From contig CAYZRF010000003.1 of the NCBI GenBank assembly GCA_964480775.1, forward strand, positions 1-32,000: DNA of 32,000 nt, read 5' to 3'. The DNA comes from an uncultured Nitrososphaerota archaeon. Its GTDB lineage: Archaea > Korarchaeota > Korarchaeia > Korarchaeales > Korarchaeaceae. Every line of letters begins with the position of its first letter. Within the stretch, counting starts at the first letter, position 1. The position numbers were made by a program, and so were the translations under genes. This document shows positions 1 through 9,593 of this stretch, one piece after another. A model generated the notes under the pieces. That model saw nothing but the letters and a program-made list of their open reading frames with translations, searched no databases and was not told the DNA's origin.

Positions 1-1594
1 CTGTTTTAAGGTTCTTAATTAAGAGATATGAGACAAAAGCTAGTATTCCGAAGAACAGATCGATAACAAGACCAATTCCAACCAGGGTGAAGATAAACCA
101 ACTTAGGACAATGAAGCTTAGGCTATAAATGAAAACCTGGGGTCGTATGAAATAGAAGCTGAAAAGTATCAACAAGCAAGTAAACGCGGTAAAAAGAGCC
201 CTAAAAGCACCTAAGAACGTTATTTTTCCCCTATACAACTTCAGTTCAGAAAGGGCTATAATCGTCAAAGAGAAGAGAATCCCTGCGTCTGCAACCTCAA
301 CCAACATCTCTGAGCTAAGAAGAGACATTGAGAATAGCGTTAGAAGGGTGAACAACCAGCTATACTGAGCAATTTTCTTTGGAACAATTTCGTCTTTCGC
401 TAACTCAGCCAAATGTCTCGAAGCTGCCAAATAAGATGGAGTAAGAGTTGTAACGGCTGCTAACATAAATATTGCTGAATTTAAGGCCAAAGGAGCACCA
501 CCAAATCGTTGAGCCACCTCTAGAGGCGGTATCTCCCCTGTAAGACTGAATTTCGACAGCACCACAGAATAGATAAGGAATATCCCTATAGAAACTATAA
601 CGGTAGCTTCCATGGCAAGGGGAACGAACCTGCTTCTATCTAACTTTCTTCCTATAATGCTGACATCACGCTTAGTGTCAGCTACAAGAGCCTGAATTTC
701 TTGAAAACCAAAAAGAACCAGATATATGTATCCCGCCGTGAAAATTGTGCTTGAAAAGTCAGGAAGATTCAGAAATCTCTCTATTGGACTGTAATCACCT
801 GGCATCTTGACGAAGAAGAAGAGCGTTCCGAATAGAAGTGCTAAGAAAGCAATTATAGAAATTACTTGGGCTTTTGCGACTTTTCTCTTCTTCTTACTTT
901 CATACCTTAACAGGAAATATAGCCAGTAAGTGAACAGGAGCCCAATTAAAGCGATAGCATAGTATCGTAAGGATCCCATACCAGCAGATTCCATGATCTG
1001 CGGAAGATACCTCATGAGGAAGTAGTAGAAAATTATCGCATTGAAAGCTGTAAGAGCCGTAGTTCCTATCCACATGCTAAGTCTACAAATAAAGTATGCC
1101 GCTCCTTTGCCAAATGCCTCCCTAACGAAGGCAGGTCCTCCAACTACAACCTTGCCCCTTTCTAAAGATTCTTTGTACATCCTACCATAGCCTACAGCAA
1201 GCATAAAGGATACTATGCCTGAAAGAACCGTTGCCCATAGCGTTGCAGAGGCAGAAAAGTTCTCAATGGCATAGGGTAAAACCGTCAGCATTGATGCTCC
1301 CATAGTTGAGCCCAAGCCTGCGACAAGAAGTTCAAAAAAACCATAGATAGGTTCTTCTTCCCTTGAAACTTCAGCGAACGTCTTTTTAGGGATAAAACCT
1401 GAGAGAATCTCACGAAACAAAACAGCGGTTCCAATTCCGAAAATTAAAGCCAAGGAACCCAACAATACTTTTGAAAGAGGCTCTATCGACTCAAGAAACA
1501 GTATGCCACTGACCAATGATCCAAATAAAAGCAGACAGAGCAAACCAGTTAGCATGTAGAGAGCTCTGAAGCCCCTTCTAACACGTGCGATCAA
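1..1594 (-). CDS. APC-superfamily amino-acid permease-like membrane protein (C-terminus lies outside the window)
   Basis: Absent from the supplied track because it has no stop in the window. My minus-strand translation is open from 1594 to base 1: (TTG)IARVRRGFRALYMLTGLL..ELLVAGLGSTMGASMLTVLPYAI..GGPAFVREAFGKGAAYF.. with at least 11 hydrophobic segments, an APC-like pattern. TTG 1592-1594 lies 3 nt after the upstream gene's TAG and about 8 nt after GAGGAGG. An alternative ATG is at 1553-1555. Confidence 0.6.
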   Translation of the reverse strand, partial: MIARVRRGFRALYMLTGLLCLLLFGSLVSGILFLESIEPLSKVLLGSLALIFGIGTAVLFREILSGFIPKKTFAEVSREEEPIYGFFELLVAGLGSTMGASMLTVLPYAIENFSASATLWATVLSGIVSFMLAVGYGRMYKESLERGKVVVGGPAFVREAFGKGAAYFICRLSMWIGTTALTAFNAIIFYYFLMRYLPQIMESAGMGSLRYYAIALIGLLFTYWLYFLLRYESKKKRKVAKAQVISIIAFLALLFGTLFFFVKMPGDYSPIERFLNLPDFSSTIFTAGYIYLVLFGFQEIQALVADTKRDVSIIGRKLDRSRFVPLAMEATVIVSIGIFLIYSVVLSKFSLTGEIPPLEVAQRFGGAPLALNSAIFMLAAVTTLTPSYLAASRHLAELAKDEIVPKKIAQYSWLFTLLTLFSMSLLSSEMLVEVADAGILFSLTIIALSELKLYRGKITFLGAFRALFTAFTCLLILFSFYFIRPQVFIYSLSFIVLSWFIFTLVGIGLVIDLFFGILAFVSYLLIKNLKT

Positions 1595-1597
1595 TCT

Positions 1598-2104
1598 CTA
1601 TTCCTCCTCAACCAAGCCAAGGGCGTATAATGTTTCACTTACATTTGAAAGGCTTGTTATGCACATTATTAGGAGCGCTAGACCTAGGAAGAAAGCCAAG
1701 AGGCGCGTTCCTCTAATGCTAGCGGAGCTTAGAAGATTAATTAAGCTGGCAATAACGGATTGAAACTCTTCCTCAGAACTTGGGATGATCAGGATCAGTC
1801 CAAAGACCAGAAAGATTGCAGACAAAAACATCTGCATTAACAGATAGAGAAACGTCAAGAACCTATTTCTTTGTAGCATTGGATGTCTGATTATGTAAAA
1901 GAGCTCCTTTACATCGCTATCCTTTTCTAGTTCATCCACTACTGTTGATAATTCTGCAGGATCATCTCCTATATCATCCAAAAGTGCTCTTGTGCTTTTC
2001 TTGAATTCTTCAATGGTCTTCTTTCTGATATCTTTCATACGTGAAATGCCGCTTTTATCAATTTTAAATGAATCGGAGAACCAAAGTTTTGCTCTTCTTA
2101 GCAT
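1598..2104 (-). CDS. Hypothetical protein: charged N-terminal region plus two C-terminal TM helices
   Basis: 168-aa ORF with an ATG start. It has an acidic/basic soluble N-terminal half and two long hydrophobic segments (FLTFLYLLMQMFLSAIFLVFGLILII and LLAFFLGLALLIMCITSL). Its last codons (GAG GAG GAA) form the SD for the downstream permease. I recognise no family. Confidence 0.55.
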   Translation of the reverse strand: MLRRAKLWFSDSFKIDKSGISRMKDIRKKTIEEFKKSTRALLDDIGDDPAELSTVVDELEKDSDVKELFYIIRHPMLQRNRFLTFLYLLMQMFLSAIFLVFGLILIIPSSEEEFQSVIASLINLLSSASIRGTRLLAFFLGLALLIMCITSLSNVSETLYALGLVEEE

Positions 2105-2143
2105 AGGTAATAGTAATTAATTATCGAAGATTACGTCAGAGAT

Positions 2144-2623
2144 ATGACTGTCTTTCAAGTAATTCTCGGCAGAAGATCCATTAGAAAATATCTAGATAAG
2201 CCCGTAGAAGACGACAAGCTCTTAAAAATTCTTGAGGCTGCAAGATGGGCTCCATCTTCCAGAAATAGCCAACCTTGGGCCTTTGTAGTAGTTAAAAACG
2301 AAGAAACTAGGAGAAAGTTAAAGGAACTTGCTTATGGACAGGATTTCATTTTACAAGCCCCTGTAGTTATAGCAGTATGCTCCAAGAAGGGATCAAACTG
2401 GGTTAATCTAGGGTTAACTATGCAGAACATTTGTCTCGAAGCATATGAACTTGGTTTGGGCACATGCATAGTTGGGTGGTTCGACAGAGAAAAGGCAAAG
2501 GAGCTGCTAGGGGTTCCAGACGGATGGGAAGTAGCCTATCTTATCTCACTAGGCTATGCTGCAACGTCTCCTAAATCAACAAGGAAAAAATTAGAGGAGA
2601 TCACTCATTGGGAGCGGTGGTAA
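2144..2623 (+). CDS. Nitroreductase family protein
   Basis: The N-terminal RRSIRKY and APSSRNSQPW strings are typical of FMN nitroreductases. 159 aa, ATG start, TAA stop. Confidence 0.85.
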   Translation: MTVFQVILGRRSIRKYLDKPVEDDKLLKILEAARWAPSSRNSQPWAFVVVKNEETRRKLKELAYGQDFILQAPVVIAVCSKKGSNWVNLGLTMQNICLEAYELGLGTCIVGWFDREKAKELLGVPDGWEVAYLISLGYAATSPKSTRKKLEEITHWERW

Positions 2624-2678
2624 AAAGCATCAAAACGATTTCGGCACCAAATTCTCAAATCAAATGTTGTAGAGAAAC

Positions 2679-2688
2679 ACGCATGCGT
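2679..2688. promoter_or_regulatory. Perfect 10-bp palindrome ACGCATGCGT in the nitroreductase/OYE intergenic region
   Basis: Read directly. It extends to 14 of 16 symmetric positions (AACACGCATGCGTCTT). It is flanked by the 8-bp inverted repeat TCTCAAAT (2653-2660) / ATTTGAGA (2715-2722). Function unknown. Confidence 0.25.
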
Positions 2689-2736
2689 CTTATCTGCACT
2701 ACTCAGGTTGTTGTATTTGAGAGCAATCGTCAAACT

Positions 2737-2746
2737 GACTTAAGTC
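2737..2746. promoter_or_regulatory. Perfect 10-bp palindrome GACTTAAGTC directly upstream of the OYE gene SD
   Basis: Read directly. It abuts GGGAGG (2747-2752), with the ATG at 2760. Candidate operator; function unknown. Confidence 0.25.
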
Positions 2747-2759
2747 GGGAGGCAGGAAT

Positions 2760-3743
2760 ATGACATCCCTTCTTGAAAAGCTCGTTGTGAAAGGCCACGT
2801 TATTAGGAACAGGATAGTGCTTCCTCCTATGGCAACAGAGCTAGCTAGCGAGAGAGGCGAGGTCACTGACGCTTTACTCAGACATTACAAGCTTAGGGCA
2901 AGAGGAACAGGCATCGTTATTGTAGAGCACACTTTCATCTCAGAAGAAGGAAGGCGCTCAAAAAACCAGCTTGGTATTTACAGTGACGAACTAATCTCTG
3001 GATTAAAAAGACTTGCCAGAACAATAAAAGAGGAAGGAGCTACAGCGATAATCCAACTAAACCATGCTGGAGCTAAAGCTCCCTCTGAAATCATTGGAAG
3101 AAGACCTGTGGGACCTTCTTCTGTTCAAGTACCAGGTAGTGAAGAGATTTCCAAGGAACTCAGCCGAGAGGAAATAGAAGAAATAATTGAAAAGTTCGTT
3201 AATGCAGCACGCAGAGCAATGGAGGCAGGATTTGATGGAGTTGAGATTCATGGTGCACACGGCTTTTTGCTAAGTGAATTCCTTTCTCCTCTAACAAATA
3301 AGAGGACAGATGAGTATGGAGGTAGCTTGGAGAACAGAATGAGGTTGCATCTAAAGACTGTTGATATGGTGCGAAGGCAGGTGGACGACCTTCTTTTCTT
3401 CAGACTCGGGGTGACAGATTACATGGAGGGAGGTCTTACCCTCGAAGAAGGGGTGAAAGTAGCTATGACCCTTGAAAAACATGGTGTAGATGTTATAGAT
3501 GTTTCAGGTGGGCTTTGTGGATCAAGACCTCCTTGGACCGCTGAGGAAGGGTATTTCCTAAATCTATCTGAAGCCGTTAAGACTAAAGTAAGCGTTCCAG
3601 TAATTGGAGTGGGAGGAATAAAGTCTCCTGTCTTTGCGGATAAAGCTCTAAAAGAAGGAAAAGCAAACCTCATAGCTGTTGGCAGGGCATTCTTAGCAGA
3701 TCCAGATTGGGCACTAAAAGCAATTGAGGCTCTAAGCGTTTAG
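2760..3743 (+). CDS. NADH:flavin oxidoreductase, Old Yellow Enzyme family
   Basis: HGAHGFLLSEFLSPLTNKRTDEYGGSLENR is the OYE/NADH oxidase signature region. There is an N-terminal PPM motif and a TIM-barrel length of 327 aa. Confidence 0.85.
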   Translation: MTSLLEKLVVKGHVIRNRIVLPPMATELASERGEVTDALLRHYKLRARGTGIVIVEHTFISEEGRRSKNQLGIYSDELISGLKRLARTIKEEGATAIIQLNHAGAKAPSEIIGRRPVGPSSVQVPGSEEISKELSREEIEEIIEKFVNAARRAMEAGFDGVEIHGAHGFLLSEFLSPLTNKRTDEYGGSLENRMRLHLKTVDMVRRQVDDLLFFRLGVTDYMEGGLTLEEGVKVAMTLEKHGVDVIDVSGGLCGSRPPWTAEEGYFLNLSEAVKTKVSVPVIGVGGIKSPVFADKALKEGKANLIAVGRAFLADPDWALKAIEALSV

Positions 3744-3789
3744 AAATCTAACTTATCTCTTCACTAAAATATTGTTAATGAAAATGCTT

Positions 3790-4848
3790 CTAAAATGATA
3801 GGACAAACTCTGCTAATATCCTCGAAGTGTGAATTATGTCTCTTAGATCAGCTACCTCTACACCGCTGTGCATATATTTGAGAGGAATTGATAGAAGAGC
3901 CGTTTTTACCCCTCCTCTCGCTACTTGAATAGCCCAGGTATCTGTGCCTGTTCCGCGAGGGGATGGTTCTATTTGGAAAGGCGATTTGATTTTCTCCGCC
4001 ACATTTCTCAGTTTCTCCACGATAACCGGGTGATATATTGGACCAATAGCTATTGCGGGTCCTTTTCCTAGTTTTACGACCACCTTGTCCTTAGTAGGAG
4101 GGGTAACTGCATGGGTTACGTCTACAACGACAGCAGCATCAGGCTTAAGTTTGTAACCTATCATACTCGCTCCTCTAAGCCCGATTTCCTCCTGAACCGT
4201 AGCAACTACGTCAAGCTCTACTTTTAGCTCAGATTTTCTTCCAAAGACTCTCTTAGCAGCCAATATGATTGAGGCAATCCCAGCCTTGTCGTCGAAGGCC
4301 ATGCCAGTGACTTTCGTACCCAAAAGATTTGAGAACTCGCTCGACAATAGAGCATAGGTTCCTACTTCAATGCCAAGCTTTTCAACTTCTTCCTTATTAT
4401 CTGCTCCAACATCTATCAATAGGTCTTCGATCTTGATCTCCTTAGCTTGTTCCTTTTTTCTTAAATGAGGTGGAATGCTTCCTATAACTCCAAGAACAGG
4501 ACCTTTCTTACCTAAGATGAGAACCCTTTGTCCGTAAGGGACCGATGCATCCCATCCTCCAACCTGCTGGATTCTCAAGAAACCCTCATCATCAATGCTC
4601 TTTATCATAAACCCAATCTGGTCGATGTGGGCCACCAAAGCTACTTTCTTTTCAGCTCCCGTATTTAGCTTTCCAATGTGATTGAACCAATCGTCCACGT
4701 GAAATTCGTCCACATAGGGAGCTAGAAGCTTTCTTAGTACTTCACTAGCCTTTGATTCCGTCCCTGTTACAGTAGGAACTTCAACAAGCTGTTTTAAGAC
4801 GTTACTTGCGTCTTCAATTTCCTTCTCCTTTACATCAGACTTCTCCAA
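3790..4848 (-). CDS. M42 family metallo-aminopeptidase (TET/FrvX type)
   Basis: Metal-ligand strings VAHIDQIGF, FDDKAG, QEEIGLRGA and DVTHA are present. 352 aa. TTG start at 4846-4848 is preceded by GAGGGTG. Confidence 0.85.
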   Translation of the reverse strand: MEKSDVKEKEIEDASNVLKQLVEVPTVTGTESKASEVLRKLLAPYVDEFHVDDWFNHIGKLNTGAEKKVALVAHIDQIGFMIKSIDDEGFLRIQQVGGWDASVPYGQRVLILGKKGPVLGVIGSIPPHLRKKEQAKEIKIEDLLIDVGADNKEEVEKLGIEVGTYALLSSEFSNLLGTKVTGMAFDDKAGIASIILAAKRVFGRKSELKVELDVVATVQEEIGLRGASMIGYKLKPDAAVVVDVTHAVTPPTKDKVVVKLGKGPAIAIGPIYHPVIVEKLRNVAEKIKSPFQIEPSPRGTGTDTWAIQVARGGVKTALLSIPLKYMHSGVEVADLRDIIHTSRILAEFVLSF

Positions 4849-4956
4849 AGCAACACCCTCAACTATTGTCGGTTAAAACGTTTAGATTTTTCTAATGCGA
4901 TGAGTATACCTATACCTTGAGCTTTTTAATAGAAAAAGGAGAGAGAAGGGAGTGGA

Positions 4957-5694
4957 CTATCCCCACTCTACTAACTCTGCTGTTACTGTACTCTGTCCGC
5001 TAGAAGACTCCCACTTAACTGGTATGGGAACTTGGTCTGATACCCAATATCGCGCTGTTCCTGTACTGGTTGTTGCTTCATACACGGTACAGCTAAATGT
5101 TCCAGCTGGAACCGTTATGGTCTCATGACCTACCTCTTTTATCTGAACTTCTTCTGATTCACCTTCGGTTGTGCCAGAGGTCTCTGTAGGAGCCTGATAG
5201 CAAGGTATAGATTGCCAAGGGCCGTTGTTTATTGACATTTCGGCTTTTATACACCCGAGAGTGGTTTTGTCAAACCACACCCTGTATCTAACCGCCATAC
5301 CCTTGCTTTGCATATTCATTTCCTGAAGCCAGCAGCTCCTTCCATTCAAAGTAGTGCTACTAATTGTGTATGAAACCGTAGCTTCCGTAGTTTGACCCTG
5401 TGCCACGGTCCTCATCCTGTAAGTGTAATGAGATACTCCAGCATAATTGAAGATGTCGACTAATGATGACTTGCCTGGAGATGGTGTTGGGGAGGGAGAC
5501 GGACTGGGCGTTGGGCTAGTTGTTGGTTTCGGGGTTTTCGTAGGCTTGGGGGGCTTTGTGGGCTTAGGAGGTTTTGTGGGCGTAGGTGTTGGGCTAGTTA
5601 TTCCTTTCCCTCGCGTTAGATTTAGATATATGTATATTCCTCCGACAACTATAATTAAAACAAGGATTATGGCTACTATAGCCCCCTTGCCCAT
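4957..5694 (-). CDS. Membrane-anchored extracytoplasmic protein with a Pro/Thr/Lys linker; unknown beta-rich C-terminal domain
   Basis: N-terminal TM (IVAIILVLIIVVGGIYIYL), then TSPTPTPTKPPKPTKPPKPTKTPKPTTSPTPSPSPSPTPSP, then a roughly 170-aa Ser/Thr-rich domain containing four Cys. ATG start with GGGAGGG upstream. Confidence 0.65.
   Translation of the reverse strand: MGKGAIVAIILVLIIVVGGIYIYLNLTRGKGITSPTPTPTKPPKPTKPPKPTKTPKPTTSPTPSPSPSPTPSPGKSSLVDIFNYAGVSHYTYRMRTVAQGQTTEATVSYTISSTTLNGRSCWLQEMNMQSKGMAVRYRVWFDKTTLGCIKAEMSINNGPWQSIPCYQAPTETSGTTEGESEEVQIKEVGHETITVPAGTFSCTVYEATTSTGTARYWVSDQVPIPVKWESSSGQSTVTAELVEWG
5474..5600 (-). repeat. Low-complexity coding repeat (KPPKPT / SP / TP units)
   Basis: Degenerate tandem codon units seen in the DNA. 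They create the spurious Gly/Val-rich antisense ORF 5447..5749. Confidence 0.6.
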
Positions 5695-5907
5695 TTTCGG
5701 GCCCTCCCTGGGATCTAATTATTTCTATTTAGATGAAATTTTTATTTAAAGTGAAATATATATTTTTCTTGATTCCTGTTACTTAGTTTCTTAACATAAG
5801 AAAAAACTCTCTTGCTAAAGAAAAATCGATAAAATCTTAAAACAAAAAGACCTAAACCTGAACTATTTGTGTTTTGGCCAACGTATCAAATGGAAAATGA
5901 ATGTAAA

Positions 5908-7206
5908 TTAGCTTACCCATAGACTAGCTTTTTTCAATACCTTTTCCTCATCCACGCGTAATATTTTTCTATTTTTCATCAGAAGCCTTCCGTTAATTAT
6001 TACATCATTGACGTTATTTCCGGAGGCAGAAAAAACCAAGTTTGAGACAACGTCGTTAAGAGGAGATAGCCTTGGTGTATTCAAATTAACAAGGATTATA
6101 TCAGCTCTTTTGCCCTTTTCTATAGAACCTATCTCTTTTTCCATCTTAAGGGCATATGCTGCCTTAATTGTAGCCATTTCGATTGCATCTAATGCCTTTA
6201 TAGCTGTAGGGTCTAGAAGGCGAACTCTCTGAAGGAAGCAGGCTAGTCTCATCTCCTCGAACATATCCAAATCGTCGTTACTCGCACAACCATCCGTACC
6301 AATCGAAACGTTTACTCCCTTCGAGATCAGCTCTTTGACTGGAGCGATTCCAGAACCAAGCTTAGCGTTGCTACTCGGACAATGAGATACTGAAACTCCC
6401 GTCTGAGCTAGTGTCCTTATCTCTTCATCGGTAAGCCAAACGCAGTGAGCTGCAAGCACGTTTGGACCCAAGAACCTCAGAGAATTCAGATATTCTACTG
6501 GTCTCATCCCAACAAGCTCCTTAATTTTCTGGACCTCTGCTTTCGTCTCGGAGAGATGTATGTTAAGCATAACGTTCATCTCATCTGCCATAGCTTTTGA
6601 AGCCAACAAAAGCTCCTTAGAACATGTATATGGGGCGTGAGGAGCTATCATACACCTTATTCTCCCTCCACTCGCCCCATGCCATTTTTCCACAAATTCT
6701 CTTGTGATCCTTAACTCCTGTTCTCTCTTCTCCTCAGAGGCAAGGTCTATCATTCCGTAGGAGAGGAATGCCCTAAGACCTGCGTCCAATACGGCTCTGG
6801 CTACTGCATCCTCCCTAAGATACATGTCAACGAAGCACGTGGTTCCTGACCTTATCATCTCCAAACATGCAAGCATGGCCCCCCAGTAGATGTCTTCTTC
6901 GGTTAATCTAGCCTCTCTTGGCCATATAGCTTCCTTCAGCCATCTATCAAGAGAAAGGCCATCTCCTACTCCTCTAAGAAGAGTCATAGGGGCGTGGGTG
7001 TGAGTATTAATTAATCCAGGTAGTGCACACGTTCTTTCCCTAATTAAAACCTCCTTTGCGATGAAGTTTGGCATTTTTTCCATTGGTCCAAAGTCTTCTA
7101 TCTTTCCATCATAAATAGCGATGAATCCTCTTTTAATAACTAATCCTCTGGGAACAACTGGCAAAATCATTGTGTTTTTAATTAGCAAATCAACCTCTTG
7201 TCTCAT
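5908..7206 (-). CDS. mtaD: 5-methylthioadenosine/S-adenosylhomocysteine deaminase-type amidohydrolase
   Basis: NTHTHAPMTLLRG (His-x-His), HLSET, AHCV and GTDGCASNDDLD motifs match the MtaD/DadD/guanine-deaminase clade. 432 aa. Confidence 0.75.
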   Translation of the reverse strand: MRQEVDLLIKNTMILPVVPRGLVIKRGFIAIYDGKIEDFGPMEKMPNFIAKEVLIRERTCALPGLINTHTHAPMTLLRGVGDGLSLDRWLKEAIWPREARLTEEDIYWGAMLACLEMIRSGTTCFVDMYLREDAVARAVLDAGLRAFLSYGMIDLASEEKREQELRITREFVEKWHGASGGRIRCMIAPHAPYTCSKELLLASKAMADEMNVMLNIHLSETKAEVQKIKELVGMRPVEYLNSLRFLGPNVLAAHCVWLTDEEIRTLAQTGVSVSHCPSSNAKLGSGIAPVKELISKGVNVSIGTDGCASNDDLDMFEEMRLACFLQRVRLLDPTAIKALDAIEMATIKAAYALKMEKEIGSIEKGKRADIILVNLNTPRLSPLNDVVSNLVFSASGNNVNDVIINGRLLMKNRKILRVDEEKVLKKASLWVS

Positions 7207-7307
7207 CTACATTCAATTTACGGTATAAAATAAAAGCCTTGAAAAATAGAGATACAAGCTAAAACCCCAATGGTACTTATTCATTAAATAAGTAACAAGC
7301 CCTCCCT

Positions 7308-8138
7308 TTGGGAATCGCCAATTTTTTATTCACGGGCTATATGGCTTTAACTATGCGATCTCTATCCAAAAAAATGATCATCGTACTAAGACTCCTTAGA
7401 CTGAAAGAGTACTCAAGTAATTTATTGGGAATTCCCTTCCTCATTTGGTTAATTTCCTCAAAAGAATTGTTTACTATGAAATCTATCATGATATTATCTG
7501 CCAATATATGTTTAACCGCATTTACGTTCTCTTTTAATGACATAGAAGACGCAGAAGATGATTTCTACGATTTGGTGAAGAGAGAAAGGAATGTAATAGC
7601 TAGTGGTTTACTTGGAAAGAGTTGGGCCTATCTCATATGTACCCTTTTGCTTATCACAGGTTTTGCCTTGTTATACTTCATTGCTCCTGAGCTGACTATG
7701 ATAGCTTCGATACTCTCAGTTAACTCCTTCCTCTACTCCTGGAGGAAGATAAGGTTCAAGTCCATACCCTTCATAGATCTTGTGTCTCATGCGCTAGCAA
7801 TAGGAATTCAACAATTATTAATAACATATTTTGCCTTCAAACCGTTAGATTCGGGAATAATACCGTATATAGGCCTTGTAACTTCATTTTCACTTGCGAC
7901 ACAGCTTTCGCAAGAGTTAAGAGATTACAGGGTTGACGAAATGACTAACATTAAAACAACAGCTCAAATATTAGGAGAGAGAAATGCAACCATTCTAATA
8001 GTAATTTTCAGTTTAATACCCACATTTACTGCATTATTTTTGCCAAAACCCCTCCCATACCTAGCTCCAATAATGGCTCCAGTGTATCTTCTTCATTTAA
8101 ACAAAAGATTGGGTCTTCATCTCAAAAAATTGTTCTAG
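7308..8138 (+). CDS. UbiA-family prenyltransferase
   Basis: First Asp-rich motif NDIEDAEDD, second acidic patch RDYRVDE, and about 8 hydrophobic helices. The start is uncertain: TTG 7308 in the track, with in-frame ATGs at 7332 and 7344. Confidence 0.7.
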   Translation: MGIANFLFTGYMALTMRSLSKKMIIVLRLLRLKEYSSNLLGIPFLIWLISSKELFTMKSIMILSANICLTAFTFSFNDIEDAEDDFYDLVKRERNVIASGLLGKSWAYLICTLLLITGFALLYFIAPELTMIASILSVNSFLYSWRKIRFKSIPFIDLVSHALAIGIQQLLITYFAFKPLDSGIIPYIGLVTSFSLATQLSQELRDYRVDEMTNIKTTAQILGERNATILIVIFSLIPTFTALFLPKPLPYLAPIMAPVYLLHLNKRLGLHLKKLF

Positions 8139-8192
8139 GTCTTTTTGATTATAATATTGAAAAGTAATAAAGCAAGATTCTGTGGACGAAAA

Positions 8193-8513
8193 TTAATACC
8201 CAGATCTCCTCTCTGGATGAACGGAACTCGACCTATATAGCCCTAGAAACAGAAGACCGTTGTCTCCAACCCCTTCCTTCATAACTAGAAAGCCTATCTC
8301 CTCAGCTATAAGCTTTAGCTCAGTTATATATGACAAAATCTCAAACTTTTGAGAGAAATTCATTTTTTCAAGCGGCATTCTTAACCTACCTATCGTGATA
8401 AGATCACCTCGTCTTGTGCTCCTGCGAAGTTCAAGAAGCCTTTTCTTGAACTCATCAACAGTAATAAAGAACTTCACCAGTGCTTTTTCTTGGTTTTTCT
8501 CGTTTGAAAGCAA
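8193..8513 (-). CDS. Hypothetical protein
   Basis: 106-aa ORF with a TTG start and no recognisable motif. The frame stays open upstream to about 8585 without an ATG. Coding status is uncertain. Confidence 0.4.
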   Translation of the reverse strand: MLSNEKNQEKALVKFFITVDEFKKRLLELRRSTRRGDLITIGRLRMPLEKMNFSQKFEILSYITELKLIAEEIGFLVMKEGVGDNGLLFLGLYRSSSVHPERRSGY

Positions 8514-8697
8514 AAACCCACCACTTGCGTTGATTTGAAGTAATAAAATAAGCTTTTCGACCGCCTTTCTGAACTAGCTTGTGAAACTTCTTGGAAATAT
8601 ATTGAAACTCAGGGGAACTAATGGAATTCTTCAAAATTTTGAACGTAAATCACATGCTTATATCTCCTACATGAAGGCAATAGCGGTACCATGTCGT

Positions 8698-9387
8698 TCA
8701 GTTTTTTGATCTCGCTGAATTACATAGCGCTTTTATTGGACATTTATAGCATTCAGGCTTTCTGGATTTACAATATGTTCTTCCTAGCTTTATGAAGAGA
8801 AGATGTGCCTTTAGATAGTCTTTAGGCTTGAAAACATTCATTAAACTCTTCCTAACTTTTTCATACCCTCCCTCCTTGGGTGCAAGTCCAATTCTTCTTG
8901 AAACCCTCATGACATGTGTATCCACTGGAATAGTTGGAAATCCAGAAGAAAAAAGAAGAAGGACATCAGCTGTCTTTGGTCCAATCCCAGGGATTGATGT
9001 TAATTCTCTTCTGGCGGCATCTAAGGATTTTTCTAGGATCTTACTTAACTTTCCATCATATTTATCCATTATGAAGGATGATACCTTCTTAATCGTCTTT
9101 GCCTTCTGAGCCTGCAAGCCAGCGGGCTTTATGGCATCCATTAGCTCTTTAACACTTACCTTGGAAAGAGTCTCTGGTCTAACATCAAACCTAGATTCTA
9201 AGCGACTTAAAGCTGCCTTGGAATTCCTATCATTCGTATTTTGTGAAAGTATAGTAGCTATCAATATCTTAAATGGGTCCCCAGATCTCTTAGCAATTAA
9301 GGCCACAAACTCCTTATGTTCCAAGTAGAATTCTTTTTCGAGAATCTTTAGAATTTCTTGGGCTTTAATTCTGCTTTCACGAGACAT
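8698..9387 (-). CDS. nth: Endonuclease III (HhH-GPD DNA glycosylase/AP lyase)
   Basis: LSQNTND, the helix-hairpin-helix GIGPKTADVLL, VDTHV, and a C-terminal 4Fe-4S loop C-x6-C-x2-C-x5-C (CKSRKPECYKCPIKALC). Confidence 0.9.
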   Translation of the reverse strand: MSRESRIKAQEILKILEKEFYLEHKEFVALIAKRSGDPFKILIATILSQNTNDRNSKAALSRLESRFDVRPETLSKVSVKELMDAIKPAGLQAQKAKTIKKVSSFIMDKYDGKLSKILEKSLDAARRELTSIPGIGPKTADVLLLFSSGFPTIPVDTHVMRVSRRIGLAPKEGGYEKVRKSLMNVFKPKDYLKAHLLFIKLGRTYCKSRKPECYKCPIKALCNSARSKN

Positions 9388-9593
9388 CGAACATTACCCC
9401 AGTCTAAATTACCAAAATAATCTTCGAAGTCACTTTAGTGCTTCCTGAAAACTTAGAATATTTTATTAACCAATCCCGCTTTTTACGTCTGGATGGCGTT
9501 TAAAAAGTTCCCTTTTAGTGTGCTCAGTTTCTTAATGGTAAAAAGTTCTTCTCAACTAAAGATCGTAGCTAAATCATCGGCGAGGTATGGCGA

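Noticed and set aside
5447-5749. 100-aa plus-strand ORF rich in Gly/Val
   Set aside because: It is the antisense reading of the Pro/Thr/Lys repeat of gene 4957..5694, a low-complexity artefact.
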